From contig MU054212.1 of assembly GCA_013239625.1 (NCBI GenBank), forward strand, positions 7,817,412 through 7,881,411: a stretch of DNA of 64,000 nt, given 5' to 3'. The position numbers were made by a program, and so were the translations under genes. Numbering within the stretch: position 1 is the stretch's first letter; the number at the start of each line of letters is the position of its first letter. Below, in pieces: positions 1-12,642 of this stretch. The notes under the pieces are model-generated. The model was not told the DNA's origin. It worked only from the letters and a program-made list of their open reading frames with translations, and did not search any database. This DNA comes from Lama guanicoe. Taxonomy: Eukaryota.

Positions 1-650
1 ATAATATGACAAAGTGATACTATGAGTCTCCAGTCTGATGCTCAGGACACATGATCGTTAATGGAGCGTTCCTGCCCGACAAGCACAGGCTGAGTGTAGT
101 TATGCGGAAGCATGAGCAAACCCAAAAAGAGGAGCATTCTGCAAAATAACTGGTCTGTGCATCTCAAAAGTGTCAATGTCATAAGATCAAAGACCAAGGA
201 ACTATTCCAAATGAAAGGAGATTAAAGAGACACTTCAACTCACTGTAATGCAGGACCTTGAATTGGCTGTTGGGCTAGGATCCTGGGTATAGTATTGTAT
301 CAAGATTCAATTCCCTGATGCTGGTACATGTGCTGTGATCACATGAAATGTCTTTCCCATTAGGAAATACACACTGAACTATTTAGGGATGAAGAGGCAT
401 GAAGTTTGTAACTTACTTTCAGATGATTCAGGAAAAAAATAACACAGAAGAATGCATCTACTACATCCATATGGAGAAAGAAAGAGAATAAGAAAGCAAA
501 TGAGGCAATATGTTAACAATGAGTGTACAGGATGTACAGGTGTGTACAGTGAAAGGTGTACAGGAGTTCTTCATGGTATTTTTGCAACTCTTTGGGAAGC
601 TTGAAATTATTTGCAAGTAAAAAGTTAAAGCTAAAAAAAAAAAAAAGAAA
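1..650 (+). mobile_element. Old L1 (L1MC/L1MD-type) 3' UTR fragment with A-rich tail
   Basis: Motifs typical of L1MC-type 3' ends ('cattctgcaaaataactgg...caaaagtgtcaatgtcat', 'ttaggaaatacacactgaactatttaggg', 'tttttgcaactc...ttgaaattattt'), ending in an A-rich tail at ~633-651. Confidence 0.7.
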
Positions 651-1766
651 AGTCTAGCTCTAGCTATGGAAGTCGTATTCTTATTTATTGTTGGAGGAAA
701 AAAAAAACTCTCCTGGAAAAAGTATTCAATGTAAAACCCTTTTCATCGTGGAGAAATAAAGCATTTGTGTATTTTTAGTTAGAAATCATGCCTATTATCT
801 TCCATCCATCTGTCTTTCAATAAAATTTTAGATTGATGTGGATTATGTTTTTAAGCTGCTTTGTACTCACTTGTTCGAATACATACCAAGCCTTTTAATT
901 GGACCATTTTATATGCAAATACCTCTAATACTGTTAAGTGTATCTGTGTCTCCTTCTGTTGCTGTTTTAGTTGTGTCATGAATGCACTGACCCTCCACAA
1001 ACAGGGTTAATTAGTGTGTGAGTGTGTGTGCATGTGGTGGCTGCCAGCTGGAGATTTAAGATAAAGAACAGTGATTTACCAAGCAAAGCCCTTTGTGTCT
1101 TAAAAACAAAACACGTGTAACTATAAATGATATATTTAGGGAGCTGCCTTAGGATATGGATTTGCATTCACTGTACCCTGTATGAATAGCTCCGTGTTCT
1201 CCTTTGCTATGTCTTTTTTCTCAAATGACTCAGTCAAACCTCTGTCTTTTAATATACAAATACATATTTTAAAAGTCATACAAATTGAAAGAAACATTTA
1301 ATAACAAGACAGCTTTGGTAGGATAATTTAAATGACTTGAAAGATTTACCATTTTTTTTAAGATTTGTTAGTTTTTTTTTTAACAGTTGCTTTTTTTTTG
1401 TTATGGTTGCTCAGTAATGCAACATTACTGTTAACATGTAGGGAAAAAAAGCACAGAATGTTAAAGAGCGTGATTTTTCATGTGCTTTCTTCTATTTTTC
1501 ATTTCTACAGCCCTCATTTCTAAACCTGCTAATGTTTGTTTCCCCTGACACTTTTACATCCTTAGTCAGTTTGTCAACATTGTTTTCTAGTATTTCTCAA
1601 TTATTTTTCCCTCAGTTATATTTAAGCCGGCACAAAGATCTCAAAGATATTTTTGAGACAGTTCCCTCAACACAGGATCAATTCTACATTTTAACCCAGC
1701 AATAGTAGTGCAGTTTCAATTCCATGCTAAGGAAGCTGGAGTTAACTTTTAAAAACGGACATAGGT

Positions 1767-2202
1767 CATGGACATAGAAAACAAACCTATAGTTACCAAA
1801 AGTGGAAGGGGAGAGAAGGATAAATTAGGAGTTTGGGATTAACAGATACACAGTACTATGTATAAAACAGATAAACAACAAGGACCTAATGTATAGCACA
1901 GGGAACTATATTCAGTATCTTGTAATAACCTATAATGGGAAAGAATCTGAATATATATATTCCATATAGGACTGTGTATGTATATATGTGTGTGTGATAT
2001 ATATATAGTCTGAATATATATACACACACACACACATACATATATATATATATTCAGACTATTTTCCATTATAGAAATATATATTTGAATCATGTATATG
2101 TGCATATATATATATATATATATGAATATATCTGAATCACTTTGCTTTACACCTGAAACTAACACAATGTTGTAAATCAACTATACTTCAATAAAAAAAA
2201 AA
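1767..2202 (+). mobile_element. 5'-truncated L1 3' end (cetartiodactyl-type) with expanded internal TA/CA tract
   Basis: 'agataaacaacaaggacctaatgtatagcacagggaactatattcagtatcttgtaataacctataatgg' ... 'acacaatgttgtaaatcaactatacttcaataaaaaaaaaa'. Homologous to the other L1 3' copies in this window. Confidence 0.9.
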
Positions 2203-2552
2203 TCAGTGTAGGTGATAAATATTTTGGGGTAAGGTGATAGCGTAAGAAATGTTATGCTGAATCTGAAGGTATTAAGCAAGACTGCTTGAAGAAGAAAAGC
2301 TGTCTTTAGTATATGTAGATTTATGCTATTTCTATACTAATCATTAAGACACACAAACAAACAAAAACCCTTTTCTTTCGTTCTTCCAGTAGATCTATTA
2401 TGTGTTGAGTGTTAGGTGTTTGGCATAGAGAAGACACTCAGTTCTGCTTTCAAGGGAGACTAGTCTAACAGGGAAGAAGGGCCGTAAACAGACAACTATG
2501 AACCAGCTTAAATACAGGATGGGGGCACTTGGACGGGGGAAATTCAGATTAG

Positions 2553-2970
2553 GTACTCTGTTGGTTTCCTACGACCACTATAAGAAATTACCCCAAACCT
2601 TGTGGCTTAAAACAAAACAAAAAAATGTACTCTCTCATAGTTCTGGAGGCTAGATGTTCAAATGCAAAGCCCGGGCATGGCCGCACTTCCTTGGAAGGCT
2701 CTTGGTATCCTTCTGGCCTCTTCCAGCTTCCGGAGGCCGCGTGACTCTGATCTGCCTCTCTCCGCATGGCCTTCTCTGTGTGTCTCTGTCTTTTCCTCTC
2801 TTGCCCCTTGAGAGGTGATATATCATTGGCTATAAAGCTGGCTCTAATCCAAGGTGATCTCATGTCAAGATCTTTAAAATTACATTTCCAAAGACTCTTT
2901 CCCAAATAACATTACATTCTTGGGTTCTGGGTGGGCGTATCTTTTGGGGGCGGCTGTTCAACCCGCTCCA
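2553..2970 (-). mobile_element. MaLR solo LTR (MLT1C/D-like)
   Basis: 'aaattaccccaaaccttgtggcttaaaacaa', 'ctcatagttctggaggctaga' and 'taatccaaggtgatctcat...aaagactctttcccaaataac' match the reverse complement of MLT1 LTR consensus features. Confidence 0.8.
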
Positions 2971-2974
2971 GCTA

Positions 2975-3560
2975 CCTGGAGGAGGTGACACCTTCATGGC
3001 AGTGCAGGGTTGAGGGGAGAGGGGGACACTGTGAGTTCTCTTTTAAGCACGGACAGTGAGAAATGCCCAGGTCTTTTCCACTCTCAGCACAACACCCAGC
3101 ACCCGGGAAGCACTCCATGGCTGCGGGATAATAACCCTGCAGGAGATGTACCTGTGAAGATGATCAGCAGACAGGTGTACATACAGTCTAGCGATCAGGA
3201 GGGAGGTCTGGATTGGACAGAAGAAGGGGTTCGATTACCGAGGGAAGCTGAGAACAGGAGAGTGAAGCAAGGACCAGGAGACAGTCCATCTTTGAGGAGC
3301 TGGTTGAGGAAGAGATGGAGGAGGAAACTGCTGGAAAAACAAGAGGAAAAGCGGAAGAGAGGGTAGCCTAGGCAACAGGAGAGGAAAGACCCTTTAGGAA
3401 GAAAAAAAAAAAAGGTGTCAGGGTAGGTCAAGCTGATTAAGTACTATAAAGCCTAGATTTGGGGATTTTGATGCTGTAAGCAATTTCAGAATTTAGGAAG
3501 CTGGTTTTCAGTGTATTAAAAAATGGTAGAAAGCTTGACAAACTTTTAAAAATTTTTTCT
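2975..3560 (-). mobile_element. Degenerate L2 fragment (another piece at ~2390-2545, split by the MLT1 LTR)
   Basis: Purine-rich degenerate sequence with L2-like motifs on both sides of the MLT1 LTR. Confidence 0.45.
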
Positions 3561-3606
3561 GAGCAGTGTAAGTAAACCAATATATAGGTTTCCCTTCCAT
3601 CACCCC

Positions 3607-4754
3607 TGTTGATGAAAATGATAAATAAAATCAATAATAAGAATAGAAAAGAGTTTTATTTGAGCCAAACTGAGGATGAGCCCAGAACCCCGCTTCCCAG
3701 ATGATTCTGAGAAACTGCTCCAGAGAAGCAGGGTTTTCAGCAGTTTTATATCTTGTCAGAACAAAGAACATTAAACAGCTCAGAGTTACATTTTTTCAAG
3801 TTTTAAAACGAAAAAGAAACGACTGGCACATGAACAGTGAGTCAGTGTGGCCTTGGCACCTGGGAAGAGGGTCTTATCATCAAAGGAGGACCAGCGTTGG
3901 CGTCCCAGAAAGAGGGGCATTTAATCTTTTTTTTTTAACATTTTGTTATTGAGTTATAGTCATTTTACAATGTTGTGTCAAATTCCAGTGTAGAGCACAA
4001 TTTTTCAGTTACACATGAACATACATATATTCATTGTCACATTTTTTTGATGGGCATCAGTCTCTTTATTTAACAAAATGTCTTCTTTTTTTAACTTTTT
4101 TTTATTGATTTATAATCATTTTACAATGTTGTGTCAAATTCTAGTGTAGAGCACAATTTTTCAGCTATACATGAATATATATATATATTTATTGTCAAAT
4201 TTTTTCCTCTGTGAGCTACCACAAGATCTTGTATATATTTCCCTGTGCTATACAGTATAATCTGGTTTATCTATTCTACATATGCCTGTCAGTATCTACA
4301 AATTTTGAACTCCCAGTCTGTCCCTTTCCACCCCCTCCACCTTGGCAACCACAAGTTTGTATTCTATGTCTATGAGTCTGTTTCTGTTTTGTATTTATGT
4401 TCTGTTTTTTTTTTTTAATTCCACATATGAGCGATCTCATATGGTATTTTTCTTTCTCTTTCTGGCTTACTTCACTTAGAATGACATTCTCTAGGAGCAT
4501 CCATGTTGCTGCAAATGGCATTATGTTGTCGGTTTTTTATGGCTGAATAGTGAGGGGCATTTAATATTAATTTTGAACATGGACAGTCTTTACTTCTGGC
4601 CAGTGTGCCCTTTTCTTTAATAATTAAATCAGAGCTACTATGTATGTTTGATAGGCCACAAACAGCCTTTTTAGTTAGCACCCAATTCAAGTGAACTCAT
4701 GAATGAGCCAGAATGACTCCCCTCTATCTCAATATGTGAACATTGCTTTTATCA
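3607..4754 (-). mobile_element. ERV-type solo LTR (~500 bp: 3607-3925 + 4566-4754) interrupted by an L1 insertion
   Basis: Termini TGTTGATGAAAA...TTTTATCA (TG..CA, imperfect inverted ends). Flanks CCCC/CCCA are an imperfect 4-bp TSD. 'ttttatttgagccaaactgaggat' is a reverse-strand polyA-signal region typical of ERV1-class LTRs. Confidence 0.65.
3926..4551 (-). mobile_element. Compound L1 3' insertion (two tandem 3' ends) with 14-bp TSD
   Basis: TSD GAGGGGCATTTAAT at 3912-3925 and 4552-4565. The minus-strand ORF 4276-4521 starts with the L1 ORF2 C-terminus (MPFAATWMLLENVILSEVSQKEKEKYHM). Poly-T tracts at ~3927 and ~4086. Confidence 0.92.
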
Positions 4755-5464
4755 CCCACAATGTGCATGTGTCAGAGGAAGGGTTTTAAAAAATTCTGTG
4801 TGAGGACACACATCTGTGACCTCTTTTCTTTGATCGGAGAGACAGACTGGACAAGTGGTCCTGCCTTGTTGGAGTGGCTATGCTGTCCCTGCTGGGGCGG
4901 GGCTTCTAATCACGTCCACGATGGGAGAACACGGTTCCCAGACCACGGTTCTGACTCTGTCCTCCAGGTGAAAGGATATCCTCTGGGCATCCCACTGAGT
5001 CGACTGTGACAGCAGTCAGGAATCCGTAACATGGACCCAGAGACCTTCCTTTGAGTCGTGTGAAATGTATTAAGAAGGAAAGGATGATTCAATTTCAGAG
5101 ATTTATAGCCACCTTATAATTTGATTCCATCATCAGCTTTTTCCTTTGCAGCGGCACTTACTGTTAAGTGAAGTTTGTTGTTTTTTTTTAAATTAATAAC
5201 TGAAATACCCTGATAGCTACAATCTTATCTGTTATGAGGACACTGAATGAACTCTTCTGTCGCCTGTGGTCACTGTACTGCAAATTTGGCCTTTTCAACT
5301 CTGGGTTGGGAAACAGCGGGACATTGCAGTTTCTGTTTGTAATTTATATTCCCTCACAACATTCTTGAAGTAGTAACAATAGTAATTACATTTTAGTTCA
5401 TCTGTGTCAACTGATTTTTTTTAAAAAATCAAGGAAAGTAAGTTTGGCCATTTTGGACATTGTT

Positions 5465-5704
5465 TATTTATTTATTTATTGTTTATATTATCATTTTTTA
5501 ATTGAAGTACAGTCAGTTACAGTGTGTCAATTTCTGGTGTGCAGCACAATGTCCCAGTCATGCATATACATACATATATTTGTTTTCATATTCTTTTTCA
5601 TGAAAGGTTCTTACCAGATATTGAATATAGTTCCCTGTGCTACATAGAAGAGATTTGGGTTTTTTAAATCTATTTTTATATATAGTGGCTAACGTTTGCA
5701 AATC
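5465..5704 (-). mobile_element. Short 5'-truncated L1 3' end with TSD
   Basis: TSD TGGACATTGTT at 5454-5464 and 5705-5715. L1 3' UTR motif 'gatattgaatatagttccctgtgctacat'. (TTTA)n tail. Confidence 0.9.
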
Positions 5705-5799
5705 TGGACATTGTTATTTTAAATGGTAACAATGATTGGCTGGTTTTGAATCATTTCTCTCTGCTTTATGAGCTGAGGTGAGGGCAAGTGTGTTCATTT

Positions 5800-6120
5800 C
5801 TTTCACATGCAGATGATATAAGTATTTGTCTTTCTCTGTCTGACTTATTTGACTAGACTAAACATAATATTTTCTAGGTCCATCCACATGGCTGCAAATG
5901 GCAGAATTTCATTCTTTTTCGTGGCTGAATAGTATTCTATTGTATACATAAACCACATCTTCTTTATCCACAGTGATTTTTAAATATATGTTACAGTGTT
6001 ACTGGCCACCCAGGCTGTTAATTGGCTTATAACATAATAAGTTTCATGTGTACAATATTATATTTCAACTTCTGTATACACTAGAGTGTGCTTACCACCA
6101 AAGTTTAGTTTCTACCCACA
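5800..6120 (-). mobile_element. L1 fragments (ORF2 end/3' UTR, 5800-5970; older 3' end, ~6020-6120)
   Basis: 'tctaggtccatccacatggctgcaaatggcagaatttcattctttttcgtggctgaatagtattc' is the antisense of the L1 ORF2 terminal region. Confidence 0.75.
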
Positions 6121-6676
6121 ATTAAGACATGATCCTAAGGCTTCTTTGGCACAGCACAGAAAAATCCAGCAGTGTATTTTCTATTCTTTTAGCATTTATA
6201 TTCACAAACTACATATGTGTATCTAATTAGAATTTAATAAGCCTTTCACCCAAGAGAGGATTCTGATCTCTGTAAAGCTTTTATCCTTGCCCTACTTATA
6301 ATGTCATTATCAAGTTCTTTATTCTGCAGGTTTATTTTTTTTAAAGATACAATTATACGTTATTTTCCTGCATGTTACAATTATGTAGTTTTCTTTACAT
6401 GAATATTGCTTTTGGGAGAAAATGCTCTTTGAAATATGAGGAAAATGAAAGTATTGTTTCTGTAGAAATAGGAATAGTCTATATGAACAATAGATTGGGA
6501 AAAGAGGCACGTTCAACATGAATCTGAGGCTTTGTTGTTCACACTAAATGAAGGGTAATTTTCAAAAAATAAGGCGAAAAAAATGGAATATGGGGTTTCA
6601 TAGTTTATCAGAAGTCTAACATTTTTACTGCCAGTAATTCAGCATAGTGTGTTCTAGAACCACACTCTACACTGCA

Positions 6677-6702
6677 GTGTGTGTGTGTGTGTGTGTGTGT
6701 GT
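6677..6702. repeat. (GT)13 microsatellite
   Basis: Direct observation. Confidence 0.95.
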
Positions 6703-8499
6703 TGGGGCAGGGTTGGGGGTGGTGTGCAAGGGACTGAATCAGTCTCACATGTGCCACATCTGGACCTGGGCTTTGCTACGGCTTTGCTTACAAACTCAGC
6801 TCGCTGTTAGCTTTAGGCGTATTGAGGAAGGAAACAGGACTTTCCCTTTAGCTAGACTGAGCTTGGCAATGCTGCAGCAATGTCTTCATGCCCAGCCTAA
6901 TACCCAGCATTTCTGAACCAAAGGAAATCTCCCCCTGCTCTACACTCCAGCTCCCAACTGTCCAGGCTTGAAGACATATTTCTCCACCATGTTGCCCTGA
7001 CCCCCAGCCACGGGAGAGCTGCTGCAGTGAAGAGACTGAAGACCTTGTGCACCTTGAGGGGATCTTTGTCAGCTCTCCTGCCCTGCCCAGCCTCTCTTAG
7101 CCACCCCTAAACACTCAATGGACGCCTGCAGGAAAGAGTGGCAGTCAGATACAGAGTCTGTCTGTGGTTGCGGTGCCTCGGGATTCTAATTTATGATACC
7201 TGCCCTTTTGCACCTGTTAAAATTTTGCTAATGGCTGGGTTACTTGTCCTTATACCCCTCTCCTCCCCCCTCCCGTGTGGTGAGAGTGTTCCTCCTCTCA
7301 CTGTGTCCTCCTCAGAAGTGGTAAAGCTGTAGATTCTTCTCTCCAAGGGTTAATCTCATTTTGAAAATTAATTTATCTAAGTTACTTTGGGTCTTCAGTT
7401 CTTTGGTGGGTTATTTCATACCTACTGCATTCACCTCCCCACAAACAACCACCCTTAAGTGTTTAAGGTGTGTGTACCGGAAGCTTGTCCACCTTGGGAA
7501 GGCAGACCTGGAAGCAGTTTCAAGGCAGGGAACTCCAGAGTCCCAAGTACCCAGCATACGTTGTAGAAGGGAGTTACTGGTTCTTCTTCTAACTCATAGC
7601 TGAGTAGGGAAGGACACAGGCCAAGGAGGACCAGGAGGTCCAGCGCAGGGCCTTCCCTGCTCGCTTGGCTAGGTCTGAGTCAGTACTGATGATAACATAG
7701 TGTTTTGGAGATAGGTGGGAAAACTTCATAAAGAGAAGGCAAATGTAGAGGGGAAAATAAAAGATGCTTAAGATGACCTATGACTCTGCCCAGGGCCAAC
7801 TCTTAGAGCTATAGAAATAGAATACAGACTTCTTCTCTCTAAGAGTAGAGGTGGCTTCAATATTGCTGGGATAGTCTTGAAGAAATAGGGTACAGCACAT
7901 CTTCTAGAAAGCTAATCTCTCCAGACTGACACATTATAAGAAATAGAACTAATGTAAAAGCTTACCTCAATTAATAAAATACACAAACTTGGCCTACCTG
8001 AGAATGACTATGACAACTCAAAGGGCAAATGACTTCACTATCAGATTTTACGTTGCCCTCCAACCAAAAGCAAGCACGGAATGACTGCTGAGATAAACTT
8101 AAGATAATTTACTTGTCTTGACTGGGTTAGGATTTAATTGATAGTTTAGGCAGAACTTCAGTTGCAAAAGAAACTTATATTCACTTTTTAAGGTACATAG
8201 TTTTTACATATGAAGGAATTATTTATAATTATAGGTGTTCCTATATTTAATTACATGATGGAAGTTTTAATGTAAGGAACTACAACCAACTTCAGAATAA
8301 AAAGATAACTTTAATTAAAAGTTATTCTTCACTGTGTCTGATACAGATAATTGTATGCTTTTCTGGGATTTAGCTTTCATTGTAGCCTAAGATATACTTG
8401 TAGAAAAATATGAAATATTATGCCTCCCCACACACACGCACAAATGCTGAATTTGTTGGGATCATCTTGGAGAGAGGTTGGAGGATGTGTTTCCTTTTT

Positions 8500-10878
8500 G
8501 AAGCAGTGCTGAGGAGTGAAGGCAGAGAATTATAGTGAATATGGTGGGTGGAACATGTACTTAATCCCACCCTCTCCCTCCCAAAGAAACCCTATATTAA
8601 GAGTAAACAAAAATACTCACTAGAATAAAGAAAAGGGAGTGCATAGAACAGCAGAGAGCTATGGACATATTTGGAAAAATGGGAAGGGAATGGCCGAGTG
8701 GTCCTTGATTTAGCTGGGCAGAGATGCGGAAACCTGGGTGCCTGCAGAGAAGATGCCAACGAGATGGAAATGGAGACTCCCTAGAGAATCCTCGAAAGGT
8801 TCAAGGACGGGAAGCACAAGGAAGCTGGAGGTGAGAAGTGGAACTGAAAACACGGCTTGGTTGAAAGTCTTCCAGCGAGTAATTGGACCCCAGAGTCGCC
8901 TGCTTCACCCTGTGCAGCCTGGCAGCCACCTCTCCCTCACGTTGCAGGAGACACGGCGGGAGGGGGCGTCGCTCTCCGGAGGGACTTAGCTAGACAGGCT
9001 GCAGACTCAGCAGTGTGGAAACAGTGGCAGGTGCGGGTGAGGTGTAACAGTGAAGTCTGGTAGATGAAGTGGAAATCTGCGTGTTGAATCGTGATAAACT
9101 TCCCTCGATTTCAAGCCTTCTTACCCAGTTTTGCTCCCAGGATCCTGGTAATCAGGGTTGTCCCTCGCAGGCAGAACATTGGAGGTCTCTAGAAGATCTG
9201 ACTACCCATAGGGGGAGAAATCTAGTTACCCTCAAGGATGTGTCAGGGAAGTCACAGCTTTGTCTAGTCCTAACGCCCATAACGCAGTGGCTGAGTGGCT
9301 AGTTAAGGAACCTGAGAAGTGGCAGAAAATTTCTAACGTAAAACATACCAAAACAAACAAACAATTGAAGGAAACAAAGATTGCAGGATAGAGATGAAAG
9401 CTTTAAAAAAAAATCCTGAAATGTATGTACTCGATATTAGAAAAGGAATTATATCCATGCAACAAAACATGGTGTTATGAAAGAGAAACAGTTAAAAGAC
9501 AAACAGTATTCTTAGAGACTAAACATCTGTTAGCAGAAATGAAATATCCAACAGGAGAGAGATGAGGAACTATTTTAGGGAGGAAGTGGTAGAAAGAAGA
9601 TGAATAGAAAAGATAATAAAATGAGATTAGTCTGAAAGGTCCAACATTAACTGGAAGGAGGTTAGTTTTAGAATGAAAGGACAGAGGAAACAGGGCTCAG
9701 AAATTACACAAAAATATAATAAAATTTCCCTAGACTTGGAGATGATGAGTAAAAGTCCCTTGAGAATCAAACACAATGAGGGGGAAGGAGGACCCCACCA
9801 AAGTATGCTGCCATGGGCTCTTAGAACATCAGGAATAAAGAAGAAATCATATTTGGATGAGGGAACAGAATGACTTCTCAATAACAGCCCTAGGATCTAC
9901 AAGTCAGGTGAAGAAATTCCTTGAAATTTTTAAGTAAAAGTATTTCTAAATAATGAACTATAGTCAGCTACTGATTAATGAAAGAAGAGAGTAAGAATAT
10001 TTTCATGCATTCAAGTTCTCCAAAACTTTGTCTGTCCTGAGCATCTTTCTCAGGAAGCGGTTGGAGTTTATGCTACCCCACCCACCCAGGGGGGAGTCCA
10101 TCAGGAAGAAGAGAACAAAGAATCCAGCAAAGGGGCTCAACACCGCAGAGAAGCAAAAGCCAGTCTCAGGATGACAGCTCAGAAGCACTATTGCTACAAA
10201 AAGGACCAGTGCTGGGGCAGGGAGGGGGATGCTGAAAAAATAATTGATATATTTGCCTATATTAAGAAGAATGTTGCATGTCTATCGGAGAGTTTGGGGG
10301 GAAAATGTAATAATGGCAGATAGAAAATTAAGCAAACTAAAACATGACACAACTACCAATGGCAAGAAAAAGAAAACTGTATAAAAGAAAGGAAATGGAT
10401 CATATATCCCATGTGGTTTACATGTAAACGATACATGCACGTGGCCAAAACAATGTAAACATTGGTTAGTGCTTCATCTAAAATCGTTGTGTAATTAAAC
10501 TGCATGGATTAAGGGAAGAAGAGTGTGTATGTATGTGTGTGTGTGTGTAAGAAAGAGGGAGAGAGATTTAGAGCACACGTGCTGGAGGAAGTGTGTGTAA
10601 GAACTACATTCTTATCTTCCATAGTAGAAGGACAGTAGATAATATCGACATTTGAAAAATAAAAAAAATAGGTGTATACGAGAGCATCATTTAGAAATAT
10701 CGGATAATCGTCATAATGAATAGTTGCAAGTTGAAGGCGTTGGTCTCTGGGATTCAAGTGGAAGGAGCGGCAGGGTTGGGATGGGACATCCTTTTAAGCT
10801 CTGTCATTCTATATGGCTTTTAAAAATACGTGCATACCTTTTTTTTAATATATAAAATTTACACTTTTAAAATAAACT
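8500..10878 (+). mobile_element. HAL1 (half-L1) element, near full length, decayed
   Basis: CpG-richer 5' part, A-rich ORF1-like decayed middle ('gaatgacttctcaataacagccctagga...aaattccttgaaattttta'), HAL1-like 'tttctcaggaagcggttggagtttatgctacc...gaatccagcaaaggggctcaacac', and a 3' end with AATAAA near 10871. Boundaries are approximate. Confidence 0.6.
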
Positions 10879-10900
10879 GAATGCAGTGAGTTCTAGAGCT

Positions 10901-11102
10901 CAGCGGTGTTCAAGCTGAGCCTCCCAGATGCCTGGAGGTTTCTTCAGGGACTGCATATGGGAGAGGGAGCTGGGGAGGGGGTCCTGAGCTTCTGCTAAAG
11001 CTGTGCAACGTCATGGTCAAGTTTCAGTGAACTCTTTCCTTTGAACAAAGGATTCCATAGCAAAACAACAATGACAACAACCAACAGGTTTGAAAAGCCC
11101 TG
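10901..11102 (+). mobile_element. hAT-Charlie MITE (MER112/MER117-like)
   Basis: Imperfect TIRs CAGCGGTGTTCAAGCT ... GGTTTGAAAAGCCCTG, ~200 bp, with 3' motif 'tttgaacaaaggattccatagc'. Confidence 0.55.
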
Positions 11103-11890
11103 ATTAGCCACATGCTCATCTGGAGAAAATCTGCTCCCGAATGAATTAGCTGAATACAGTCATCACCAGGCTCCTTCCGGGTTGCCCATCACCTTTCCTG
11201 TTCCTTTACCTCGTCCAGTACAATTGTCCTATTTCCAACTCTGGATAAATCTCAAGAAACTTGGCGTAGAACCAGTTTGTTTGGGTTTCCAGTAAGGACT
11301 GGATGGTTGATGATGAAAATGTACACAGGTTTGAAGTGATGACATTAAAAGCCTTTTCACTTTTCTCCCAAACCAAGTTGCATCCTCACCTCTTAAGAGG
11401 CATCAAATGTGGAAAATGCTGCCGGAGCTCAAATAAGTGTTGTAATAGCAGGACTCTGTGTGTCCCTAGGAGGAGGTTAGGTGTTCTAGTTTTGCCTAGT
11501 GATTGATATAGTTATGATTGTGCTCAAATTAGGGTTGAGTTTAGTCCCATAAGGAAAACTACCCCTCCCCCGGCTTAAAGGAAAAGATCCAAATAAAATC
11601 GCGACTGTTAATACTGAGGATAGTCCCTATCTTTTCTACGTGTGGAGTATCGACTGTTCCCTGGGCTACAGACCCTTTCAAAAACAAAATATCCTTAACT
11701 CGGTGAGTTTAATTTAGGGAAAAATCAAATGCTGAAACAGATACTCCTGAGAAAGCTATTCCCTCATCAACCAATCTCTCTCTCTCTCACCCTCCCACCA
11801 CCCCCGCCACATACACACAGTTTGAAGTGTTGTACCTCTTCTGTGGGCATCCACTATTTCTAAGTCTAAAATAACTAAGAGCTTCTTTGC

Positions 11891-12172
11891 CAGAAAGAGA
11901 AAGAAAAATACCATATGATGTCACTTATATATGTAGAACCTTAAAAAAGGACACGAACTTATTTACAAGACAGAGACAGACTCACAGACATAGAAAACAA
12001 GCTTACGGTTACCAGGAGGAAAGGGGATGGGGAGGGATAAACTGGGAATTTGAGATTTAAAGATACAGACTACTATATATAAAATAGATAAACAACACAA
12101 TTCTACTATATAGCACAGGGAACTATATTCAAGACCCTGTAATAGCCTGTAATGAAAAAGAATATGAAAAGG

Positions 12173-12259
<87 letters not shown>

Positions 12260-12323
12260 GTTTAACTGAATCACTATGCTATATACCATTGTAAATCAGC
12301 TATATGTCAATAAAAAAGAAAAA
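11891..12323 (+). mobile_element. 5'-truncated L1 3' end containing a (CA)41 tract
   Basis: 'ccagaaagagaaagaaaaataccatatgatgtcacttatat' through 'tgtaaatcagctatatgtcaataaaaaagaaaa'. Confidence 0.9.
12175..12256. repeat. Perfect (CA)41 microsatellite
   Basis: 82 bp of uninterrupted CA. Confidence 0.97.
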
Positions 12324-12642
12324 TAACTACATATAATTTTATATAAACTTTACATAAAATATAACATATAAAGTGTACGCACTCATTTTATGTATTTTAT
12401 ATATTCTTATTTTACATGTATATCTCATTTAAGTCGACAACATTTTGACGTATGTAGTAGTATTCTCATTGCAGAGATGAGGAAACAGTGCCCCAGGTTG
12501 CATGGCTGACTGGTGGTAAACACAAAAAGAAATCTATATTTTCTAACATTCTACTTGGGCCAAACACCCCTTAATTAATCAAAGACTAATTTTTATTAAA
12601 AGCATGCATAGTACATAAAAAAAAAATCCCAGATTGCGTATA

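Noticed and set aside
523..563. Four short TGTACAG(G) repeats with variable spacers
   Set aside because: This is local slippage in an old L1 3' UTR. It is far too short and irregular for a CRISPR-like or functional array.
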